Assembly (NCBI GenBank): GCA_017650365.1
Contig: JAGCEZ010000052.1
Location: 1-14,915, forward strand
Reading direction: 5' to 3'
Origin: Fibrobacterales bacterium
GTDB taxonomy: Bacteria > Fibrobacterota > Fibrobacteria > Fibrobacterales > CADBQJ01
DNA: 14,915 nt
The position numbers and the translations under genes were made by a program. Below the pieces are notes generated by a model. It saw only the letters and a program-made list of their open reading frames with translations, did no database searches and was not told where the DNA came from. Of this stretch, positions 9,114-14,915 are shown one piece after another (within the stretch, counting starts at the first letter, position 1; each line of letters begins with the position of its first letter).

Positions 9114-9134
9114 GGCTTTCCTTCCCGACTTCCC

Positions 9135-9150
9135 CCAGCGCCGCGAGCAC
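9135..9150. repeat. Left copy of a 16-bp imperfect direct repeat CCAG(C/G)GCCGCGAGCAC, a candidate att or duplicated yhcC 3' end
   Basis: CCAGCGCCGCGAGCAC at 9135-9150 matches CCAGGGCCGCGAGCAC at 11380-11395 at 15 of 16 positions. The pair brackets the low-GC island. On the minus strand the left copy encodes ...VLAALGEVGK, which resembles the yhcC C-terminus ...VLAALEETGRF. Confidence 0.4.
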
Positions 9151-9161
9151 AAGGCGGCCTG

Positions 9162-9350
9162 TCAAGAGCTGCACGCCCGGATAAGCCCTATGATGGCAAT
9201 GCACAGGACAAGGCAGCCCAGCGCGCTTTCCTTGGCGCTTTCCTTGGCCACTTGTTTTTCGGTTTTGGAGTCGCAGTATGGGCATTGCGCCGCATCGACT
9301 GGGACGGGCGCGCCGCAATGAGAGCAGGTGCTCGTTTTTTCTCCCGACAT
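9162..9350 (-). CDS. Small zinc-ribbon membrane protein (62 aa): N-terminal C-x2-C-x10-C-x2-C ribbon plus a C-terminal TM anchor
   Basis: ATG at 9350 gives MSGEKTSTCSHCGAPVPVDAAQCPYCDSKTEKQVAKESAKESALGCLVLCIAIIGLIRACSS. Codon usage is low-GC, as in the neighbouring island genes. It is transcribed divergently from the SPFH gene. The six-frame ORF extends to 9542, but only the part from the MSGEK ATG looks coding. Confidence 0.55.
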   Translation of the reverse strand: MSGEKTSTCSHCGAPVPVDAAQCPYCDSKTEKQVAKESAKESALGCLVLCIAIIGLIRACSS

Positions 9351-9379
9351 CGTCTTTCTCTTGAAAAAGTTCGTCGCTC

Positions 9380-9415
9380 TTGACGGATGTAAAAAAAACG
9401 CACATATTGTGCAAG
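9380..9415 (+). promoter_or_regulatory. Putative sigma70-type promoter (TTGACG-17-CATATT) with an overlapping GCACA-N3-TGTGC inverted repeat; drives the SPFH gene
   Basis: An AT-rich 97-bp divergent intergenic region. TTGACG is followed after 17 nt by CATATT, about 40 nt upstream of the ATG at 9448. The palindrome GCACATATTGTGC overlaps the -10 element. Confidence 0.35.
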
Positions 9416-9447
9416 GGGAATTTTCAAAAAACACCGGAGCGCGCGAA

Positions 9448-10653
9448 ATGGCCATTTTGGACGTCGTCAAGTTCGAATCGTCAGCCGACATATTGGCCTG
9501 GAAATTTCCCAAAAGCAAACTGACCACGAAAACGACGCTCATCGTGGCCGAATCGCAGGAAGCGATCTTTTTCAGGAACGGTCAGGCGCTGGACACGTTC
9601 GGTCCCGGCCGGTATCAGCTGACCACCGACAACCTTCCCCTTCTCCAGGGACTGGTCAACCTGCCCACGGGCGGCAAGGCGCCGTTTTCCGCGGAGGTGT
9701 GGTTCGTCAACAAGGCCTACAGCCTCAACATCCTGTGGGGCACGAGCACTCCCATCCAGCTGCAGGACCCCAAGTACGGCGTCTTTGTTCCGGTTCGCGC
9801 CTTCGGCCAGTTCGGCGTTCGGGTGGACGACGTCAAGAAGTTTCTGATCAAGCTGGTGGGAACGCTTCGTTTGTTCGACACCAAGACGCTGACCGGCTAC
9901 TTCAAAGGCTTCTACCTGACCCATGCGAAGACGATGATCTCGAAGTGCCTGGTGGAGCAGAAAATCCCGGTGCTCGAGATCAACGCCAACCTGCTCGCCC
10001 TTTCGGAGTCGCTCAAGTCGCAATTGCAGGGGGTCTTCGACGAATACGGCATCACGCTTGCGTCGTTCATGTTGAACTCCATCTCGGTGCCCGACGACGA
10101 TCCCGGCGTTCAGAGACTCAAGGCCGCGTTGGCCAAGAAGGCCGAGATGAGCGTCCTGGGATACGACTACCGCACCGAACGCAGCTTCGACACGATGGAA
10201 CAAGCGGCCTCGAACAAGGGGGTCGGAGCCGGACTGATGGACGCCGGGGTGGGGCTGGGCATGGGGCTCGGACTCGGAGGGCCCTTGGGCAAACTGATGG
10301 GCCAGGTGGCGTCGCAGCTGCAAACGCAGCCGCCGGCTTCCGCGTCGTCATCGGAAGCGACGATTACCTGCGACAAGTGCGGCGCCTCGTATCCGAAGGG
10401 AAGCAGGTTCTGCCCCAACTGCGGAGACGCGTTCAATCCCTGCCCCAAGTGCGGCGCCGACATGCCCGAGGGGAAACCCTGTCCCAAATGCGGCTTCGTG
10501 CCGAAAAAATGCCCCAATTGCGGGGCAACGCTTGCAGATGGCGTCAAGTTCTGTCCGGAATGCGGATCCGCCACTGTCAAGAAGTGTTCCGCCTGCGGAA
10601 CGGAATTGGCTCCCGGAGCCAAGTTCTGTCCTGAATGCGGCGCCAAAGCCTAA
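9448..10653 (+). CDS. SPFH/Band-7 family protein (Band_7_1, COG4260-type) with four tandem C-terminal zinc ribbons
   Basis: 401 aa. The N-terminus MAILDVVKFESSADILAWKFP...LIVAESQEAIFFRNGQALDTFGPGRYQLTTDNLPLL matches the conserved start of the PF13421/YdjI-like SPFH family. Then a Gly/Met-rich linker. The C-terminus carries 8 CxxCG motifs, which form 4 C-x2-C-x9-11-C-x2-C ribbons. Codon usage is low-GC and differs from the flanking genes. Confidence 0.85.
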   Translation: MAILDVVKFESSADILAWKFPKSKLTTKTTLIVAESQEAIFFRNGQALDTFGPGRYQLTTDNLPLLQGLVNLPTGGKAPFSAEVWFVNKAYSLNILWGTSTPIQLQDPKYGVFVPVRAFGQFGVRVDDVKKFLIKLVGTLRLFDTKTLTGYFKGFYLTHAKTMISKCLVEQKIPVLEINANLLALSESLKSQLQGVFDEYGITLASFMLNSISVPDDDPGVQRLKAALAKKAEMSVLGYDYRTERSFDTMEQAASNKGVGAGLMDAGVGLGMGLGLGGPLGKLMGQVASQLQTQPPASASSSEATITCDKCGASYPKGSRFCPNCGDAFNPCPKCGADMPEGKPCPKCGFVPKKCPNCGATLADGVKFCPECGSATVKKCSACGTELAPGAKFCPECGAKA

Positions 10654-10679
10654 GCTCATGCAACCATAGAGAGGAAGAA

Positions 10680-11354
10680 ATGTCATCCAAAGTCGTCACT
10701 CTGATTTGCGGGTGGGCCTTTGCTGCTCTTGTGGTCGCGGTAATGCTTCTGCTTGGCCATGACCAGACCGGCGGAAACATTCCCGTCGTTTACAAGACCG
10801 CATGCGCCTGCGTTTCCTTGGCAATCCTCGTGGGAACCCACTTGGCCGCGTTCTCGGGAGGGCATCCCAAACGCATAGCGACGGTGGTTCTCTGGGTCGC
10901 GCTATTGCTCTTTACGGCGGTTTACTCCACGTTCACGATGATGTCCGACGAACCCCGCCTGGTCGCCTACATCGCGGTCAATCTATTGACTTTTGGCGCC
11001 GTTTCCGTTTTGAGCTTCGTTCTTTGGAGTTCCGCTACACGCGGCGATGCAAGCCAGCGAGCCTGTTTCGAGACCAAACGGGCGATGCTCCGAAGCCGCA
11101 TCGTGGCAGACGCCATGTGTCATGGCGCCGCCGGCGTCAAGTACGCCGAACAGCTTCGGACTCTTGCCGAAAACCTTCGCTTCCAGGACGATTCGGCGAC
11201 TGTCGAACAAGACGAACAGATTTTGGATCGCCTAAACGACTTGTCGGAGCACCTTGCCGAAGAAGGTTATCCTGTCCAGGAACGCATCGACGAGATAGAC
11301 GACCTCGTCAAACAGCGCAACTTCGCGGTGAAGTCGCTGAAAAGCCTTCATTAG
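10680..11354 (+). CDS. Integral membrane protein (4 TM) with a C-terminal cytoplasmic acidic/coiled-coil domain; unknown function
   Basis: 224 aa. GAGGAAG Shine-Dalgarno 5 nt upstream of the ATG at 10680. Four hydrophobic helices within residues 5-116, then a charged helical tail (…EQDEQILDRLNDLSEHLAEEGYPVQERIDEIDDLVKQ…). Low-GC codon usage, as in the SPFH gene 26 nt upstream. Confidence 0.7.
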   Translation: MSSKVVTLICGWAFAALVVAVMLLLGHDQTGGNIPVVYKTACACVSLAILVGTHLAAFSGGHPKRIATVVLWVALLLFTAVYSTFTMMSDEPRLVAYIAVNLLTFGAVSVLSFVLWSSATRGDASQRACFETKRAMLRSRIVADAMCHGAAGVKYAEQLRTLAENLRFQDDSATVEQDEQILDRLNDLSEHLAEEGYPVQERIDEIDDLVKQRNFAVKSLKSLH

Positions 11355-11358
11355 CCCG

Positions 11359-12276
11359 TCAAAACCGACCGGTCTCCTCCAGGGCCGCGAGCACGGCCCG
11401 GACGATGGCGTTCCGGTCGCCGCTCCACGCGGGCGCGAGGAGCATGTCCGACGGGGTCTCGCCCGAGACGCGCTCCACCGCGGTCGAGCGCGGGAGGATG
11501 GACGCGAACTCCGCGACCCCGCGCGCGTACTCCTCCAGGGTCGGGAGCGCGAACTCGCCTCGTTCCCACTCCTCCGCCAGCCGCGTCCCCTTCACGACGT
11601 GGAGCGGGTGGATCTTGACGCTCTCCACGGGGTGCGCGGCCAGAAAACGCGCCGTCGTTTTCCAGTCTTCGGGCGTCTCTCCGGGCAGTCCGAGGATGAC
11701 GTGCGCCGCGAGGGAGACGCGCGGGTTCTTCGCGGGAGTCCCGTCGCGGAAAAGAGCCCGGGCGTCCGCCCACTCCGCGGCGGTGTGGCCGCGCCCGATC
11801 CGCGCCAGCGTCCGGTCGTTCGCGCTCTGCAGCCCGAGCTCCAGGACGATTGGCTTGCGTTCCGCCAGCTCCTCGAGCAGGTCGCGCACGCCCTCGTCCA
11901 CGCAGTCCGGGCGCGTGCCGATCGCGAGGCCGTCCACGCGCTCGTCGGCGAGGATCGATTCGTAGACCGCGCGGAGCCTTTCGGGCGCGCCGTAGGTGTT
12001 GGACCAGGGCTGCAGGTAGGCGAGGACCCCTGCGTCGGGGCGTTTCGCCTTCAGGCGCGCGATCCCCTCGTCGAGCTGCTCGGCGACGCTCTTCCGCGTC
12101 CCCGCCACGGGCGAGAAGGAGCGGTTGTCGCAGTAGGAGCAGCCGCCCGTCCCGCGCGTCCCGTCGAGGTTCGGGCAGCGGAAGCCGGCGTCGAGGACGA
12201 CCTTCCGCGTCTCCTTCCTCCCGGGAAAGAGTTCGCGCAGGAAGGAGGCGTAGCTCTTGAACGGGAGTCCGCTCAT
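11359..12276 (-). CDS. yhcC: Radical SAM protein, TIGR01212 (YhcC) family
   Basis: 305 aa. Motif KVVLDAGFRCPNLDGTRGTGGCSYCDN, with Cys residues in YhcC-family arrangement. The start overlaps the manC stop (ATGA). Confidence 0.88.
   Translation of the reverse strand: MSGLPFKSYASFLRELFPGRKETRKVVLDAGFRCPNLDGTRGTGGCSYCDNRSFSPVAGTRKSVAEQLDEGIARLKAKRPDAGVLAYLQPWSNTYGAPERLRAVYESILADERVDGLAIGTRPDCVDEGVRDLLEELAERKPIVLELGLQSANDRTLARIGRGHTAAEWADARALFRDGTPAKNPRVSLAAHVILGLPGETPEDWKTTARFLAAHPVESVKIHPLHVVKGTRLAEEWERGEFALPTLEEYARGVAEFASILPRSTAVERVSGETPSDMLLAPAWSGDRNAIVRAVLAALEETGRF
11380..11395. repeat. Right copy of the 16-bp imperfect direct repeat (inside the yhcC 3' end)
   Basis: CCAGGGCCGCGAGCAC lies inside the last codons of yhcC (…VLAALEE…). 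See the left copy at 9135-9150. Confidence 0.4.
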
Positions 12277-13658
12277 CCGCGCCTGTAGTCGTCGTCGAAG
12301 CGCTCGATGTCGTCTTCGCCGACGTAGCTCCCCACCTGGACCTCCACGATCTCGAGCCGCTCGGTCCCGGGGTTCTCCAGCCGGTGCATGCGGCCCGCGG
12401 GGATGTAGGTGGATTCGTTGGGGCGGATGGTCAGCACGTCGTCGCCGTTGGTCACCTTGGCCACGCCGGAGAGGACGACCCAGTGCTCGCTGCGGAAACG
12501 GTGCTTCTGCAGCGAGAGGCGGGCGCCCGGCTTGACGGCGATGCGCTTGATCTTGTAGCCCTCGCCCTCGCGGAGCACGGTGTACTTGCCCCAGGGGCGC
12601 GAGGCGGTCGTGTGCACGGAGGCCAGCTCGGAGCCGCTCGCCTGCAGGATCTCGACGATCGACTTCACCTGCTGCGACTTGCCGCGCGGGGCGACCAGCA
12701 GCGCGTCGGAGGTGTCCACCACGATCGAGTCGTGCAGGTCCACCGTCGCCACCACGCGGTCGCGCGCCAGGATCAGGTTGCCCGTCGATCCCACGGAGAT
12801 GTGCTTGTCGGAGAGGGTGTTGCCGGCGTCGTCGCGCGGAAGCTCGGCGTAGAGGCTCTCGAACGAGCCGAGGTCGTTCCAGCCGAAGTCGGAGGGGACG
12901 ACCTTCACGCAGTCGCTCTTCTCCATCACCGCGTAGTCGATCGACTTGGAGGGGATGGCGAGCATCGCCTGCATCGGAATCCGGACGAACCGCCCTTCCG
13001 CCTTCGACTCCTTCAGCGCGGCCTCGCAGGCCCCGAGGATCGCGGGCTCGCGCTTCTCCAGCTCGCGCAGCAGCGTTCCGGCCTTGAAGCAGAACATCCC
13101 GGAGTTCCAGAGGAAGTCGCCGCTCTCCAGGTAGAGCTTCGCCGTCTCCAGGTCGGGCTTCTCCACGAACCGGACGACGTCCTCGCCCTTCGCCTGGATG
13201 TAGCCGTATCCGGTCTCGGGCGCCGCGGGCTTGATCCCGAAGGTGACGAGGAAGCCGAGCCGGGCGAGCCGCTCCGCCTCGCGCAGGGACTCTTCGTACT
13301 TCGCCTTGTCGCGGACGAGGTGGTCGCTGGGCGTGGCCAGGACGACTTCCTCCGGGTCGAGCGCCAGGCAGGCGAGCGCGAGCGCGGGCGCGGTGTTCCG
13401 TCCGGTCGGCTCCAGGACGAAGCGCGACTCCGGCGCGCCGGGGACGCGGTCCGCGAGCTCGTCCAGCTGGTCCGCCGCGAGGAAGTACTGTTCGGCGTTC
13501 GAGACGACCAGCCGCTCCGGGCAGAGGGAGTTGCGGAGGACGGTCTCCTGGAAGAGCGAGCGCTCGCCGAGGAGGTGGACGAACTGCTTGGGCATCAGCT
13601 GGCGGGAAAGAGGCCAGAGCCTCGTTCCGGAGCCGCCGCAGAGAATGACGTTGATCAT
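12273..13658 (-). CDS. manC: Mannose-1-phosphate guanylyltransferase / mannose-6-phosphate isomerase (bifunctional, cupin C-terminus)
   Basis: 461 aa from the ATG at 13658 (AGGAAA Shine-Dalgarno). MINVILCGGSGTRLWPLSR nucleotidyltransferase motif. C-terminal cupin domain (EHWVVLSGVAKVTNGDDVLTIRPNESTYIPAGRMHRLENPG). The six-frame ORF extends upstream to 14015, but that part overlaps the Alg13-like gene and is Arg-rich shadow sequence. Confidence 0.92.
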   Translation of the reverse strand: MINVILCGGSGTRLWPLSRQLMPKQFVHLLGERSLFQETVLRNSLCPERLVVSNAEQYFLAADQLDELADRVPGAPESRFVLEPTGRNTAPALALACLALDPEEVVLATPSDHLVRDKAKYEESLREAERLARLGFLVTFGIKPAAPETGYGYIQAKGEDVVRFVEKPDLETAKLYLESGDFLWNSGMFCFKAGTLLRELEKREPAILGACEAALKESKAEGRFVRIPMQAMLAIPSKSIDYAVMEKSDCVKVVPSDFGWNDLGSFESLYAELPRDDAGNTLSDKHISVGSTGNLILARDRVVATVDLHDSIVVDTSDALLVAPRGKSQQVKSIVEILQASGSELASVHTTASRPWGKYTVLREGEGYKIKRIAVKPGARLSLQKHRFRSEHWVVLSGVAKVTNGDDVLTIRPNESTYIPAGRMHRLENPGTERLEIVEVQVGSYVGEDDIERFDDDYRRG

Positions 13659-14185
13659 GGTTCGTTTCCTTGCGCTTCGCCGGCGAAGAACCGGCGCAGC
13701 ATGGTGAAAACCGGCTTGTCCTCCCGGCGGAGGGCGTCGACGCGGAGCTCCGCCGGGTCGAGGGAGAGGATCCGCGCGCACATCTCCTCGGGCGAAACCT
13801 CGTCGAGCAGCGCGACGGCGAGCCCGCGTCCGGCGAGCTTGCGCGCGATCTGCAGCTGGTGGTCGTCCACGTGTTCCCCGAACTCCGCGCGCCGCGGAAC
13901 GACGACGGGCCTGCGCCCCTGCCGCAGCGACGACATCAGGATCCCCACGCCGGCGTGCGCGACGACCACGGGCGTCTCGCGCAGGCGGCGCGCCATCTCG
14001 TCGAACGGAAGCCACCGGACCGCGGTCAGGTTCTCCGCCGGCTTCGGGGAGGCCATGCCGTATTGGTAGAGCACGCGCCGGCCGCTTCGCGCGAGCAGCG
14101 CCGCCAGCTCGTCCATCCGCGCGAAGGGGGCGTCGAACGTCCCGAGCGTCGCGAACACGTCGAACTCAGAAGACGCTTCCGCCAT
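13655..14185 (-). CDS. Alg13-like glycosyltransferase subunit (Glyco_tran_28_C; PssE/Cps14G/EpsF-type)
   Basis: 176 aa. Small GT28 C-terminal-domain protein. The stop overlaps the manC start (ATGA). It follows the Alg14-like gene directly, the conserved Alg14/Alg13 pairing. Confidence 0.72.
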   Translation of the reverse strand: MAEASSEFDVFATLGTFDAPFARMDELAALLARSGRRVLYQYGMASPKPAENLTAVRWLPFDEMARRLRETPVVVAHAGVGILMSSLRQGRRPVVVPRRAEFGEHVDDHQLQIARKLAGRGLAVALLDEVSPEEMCARILSLDPAELRVDALRREDKPVFTMLRRFFAGEAQGNEP

Positions 14186-14669
14186 AGACTCCCTTGGGGT
14201 AGAACGGAGCGAGCTCCTCCCACTGGTAGAGGAAGAGATCCGCGAACCGCGCGCAGACCCGCCCCGTGGGCGACGGCCCGTCGACGCGCGCCAGCGTCTC
14301 GACGAAGCAGGTCCGCGTCCCGGGCATCAGCTTCGCGAGCAGGAAATAGGGGACGGCGATCGAGCTCCCCGTGCTGACGATCCGGTCGGGCCGGTATTTC
14401 AGCAGGAGGAGGGGCGCCTGGAGGAAGTCCCAGGCCACGGCGCCGAGCCGCGCGAGGTTCTTCGCGAACCCCAGCCGGGAGGAGACCCGCGCCACGCAGT
14501 CCTTCGCCCAGTGGACGGTCTTCCCCTCCAGCAGCACGACGGCGTCGTTCTTCTTCGGGACGACCCAGTGGATTTCGAGCCCCTCCGCGCAGGGTTCGGC
14601 CTGGAGGAGCTCCATGAGGTGCCCCCCCGCCGCGCAGACGAAAAAGGCGCGTCTTCTCTTCCCGTTCAT
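14166..14669 (-). CDS. Alg14-like oligosaccharide biosynthesis protein (PssD/Cps14F/EpsE-type membrane-anchoring subunit)
   Basis: About 167 aa from the ATG at 14669; the six-frame ORF starts at a TTG at 14675. G-x-GGH motif (VCAAGGHLMELL) typical of Alg14. It overlaps the Alg13-like start by 20 nt. Confidence 0.72.
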   Translation of the reverse strand: MNGKRRRAFFVCAAGGHLMELLQAEPCAEGLEIHWVVPKKNDAVVLLEGKTVHWAKDCVARVSSRLGFAKNLARLGAVAWDFLQAPLLLLKYRPDRIVSTGSSIAVPYFLLAKLMPGTRTCFVETLARVDGPSPTGRVCARFADLFLYQWEELAPFYPKGVYGGSVF

Positions 14670-14915
14670 CGTCAAGAAACTAGAAACTATGAATTAGCGG
14701 CCAAATCCCCCTAAACGACCCGAAACCGGCGATTCCGGAGAAAAATTTTCCATTCCCCCTTGCCAGGGGCCGGGGAAAAGCCTATGTTTGCGCTCACCCC
14801 CGAAAAAGGGGCGTCCGCCGCCGAGCGGACGAGCGCTTGAAAATCCGAGGACATATGCTTGTGCAGAGGCCTGCGTCGTTCGAGAGAACAAGACGCAAGT
14901 CTGTCTAGCGAACGA

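Noticed and set aside
7689-9152. Minus 487-aa ORF over nfo/exbB/exbD, and a plus 82-aa ORF
   Set aside because: They overlap three confidently assigned genes on the other strand and have Arg/Pro/Gly-rich translations.
9114-9161. Possible bidirectional terminator between the convergent exbD and small zinc-ribbon gene
   Set aside because: Only weak, imperfect GC stems (GCCGC…GCGGC) and no T-run on either strand.
9097-9427. Minus 105-aa and 79-aa ORFs overlapping the small zinc-ribbon gene in other frames
   Set aside because: They are alternative frames. Only the MSGEK…CxxC…TM frame (9162-9350) gives a sensible small protein. The 105-aa frame is, however, the source of the VLAALGEVGK remnant noted under the direct repeat.
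9481-10686. Minus 280-aa, 159-aa, 112-aa and 77-aa ORFs and a plus 311-aa ORF over the SPFH gene
   Set aside because: They are antisense or alternative-frame to a gene whose N-terminal SPFH domain and C-terminal zinc ribbons are unambiguous.
10802-11965. Plus 387-aa ORF, and 10983-11235 small ORFs
   Set aside because: The 387-aa ORF spans the end of the membrane-protein gene and runs antisense into yhcC. Its translation is Arg/Ser-rich shadow sequence.
11351-14377. Minus 140-aa ORF, plus 229/136/92/561/158/235-aa ORFs, and the N-terminal extension of the manC ORF to 14015
   Set aside because: They are shadows of the Alg14-Alg13-manC-yhcC operon. The manC extension upstream of MINVILCGGSGTRLWPLSR is Arg-rich and overlaps the Alg13-like gene.
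14694-14891. Minus 65-aa ORF in the terminal non-coding region
   Set aside because: Gly/Pro/Phe-rich with no ribosome-binding site. The region is more likely a promoter or 5'-UTR.
14676-14915. tRNA or tmRNA as an integration target near the island or at the window end
   Set aside because: No cloverleaf-compatible segment and no GGTTCGAATCC-type T-arm anywhere near the island junctions or in the terminal region. Integration appears to be into the 3' end of the yhcC protein-coding gene instead.
1-14915. CRISPR array or other long tandem or interspersed repeats
   Set aside because: No regularly spaced direct repeats of 25-40 bp were seen. The only repeats are the 16-bp island-flanking pair and the 12-bp tandem duplication.

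Overview
This is a 14.9 kb, high-GC (about 68-70%) bacterial chromosomal window with strong GC3 codon bias, which produces many long spurious shadow ORFs in all six frames. Gram-negative-type content (ExbB/ExbD, signal-peptide proteins). I support the following gene order. (1) On the minus strand, an OmpR-family response regulator followed by the N-terminal part of a sensor kinase, with stop and start overlapping (ATGA). (2) A secreted or outer-membrane-like protein with a rho-independent terminator. (3) A GT-C fold (PMT_2/ArnT-like) polyprenyl-phosphate-sugar glycosyltransferase that converges on, and overlaps by 71 nt, an MMPL/RND-superfamily transporter. (4) A tightly packed plus-strand operon: secreted protein, endonuclease IV (nfo), exbB-like, exbD-like, with no tonB. 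(5) A 2.2 kb compositionally distinct low-GC island (about 9114-11358) carrying three genes: a small zinc-ribbon membrane protein, an SPFH/Band_7_1 protein with four tandem C-terminal zinc ribbons, and a 4-TM membrane protein with a coiled-coil tail. The island is flanked by a 16-bp imperfect direct repeat that matches the 3' end of the adjacent yhcC-like gene. (6) A minus-strand polysaccharide-type operon: Alg14-like, Alg13-like, manC (GDP-mannose pyrophosphorylase/PMI), and a TIGR01212 (YhcC) radical SAM protein, all translationally coupled. The low-GC island is the most interesting candidate. It resembles the PspA-associated ydjGHI membrane-stress module but lacks PspA, is apparently horizontally acquired, and has no recognisable integrase. 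No rRNA, tRNA or CRISPR array is visible.
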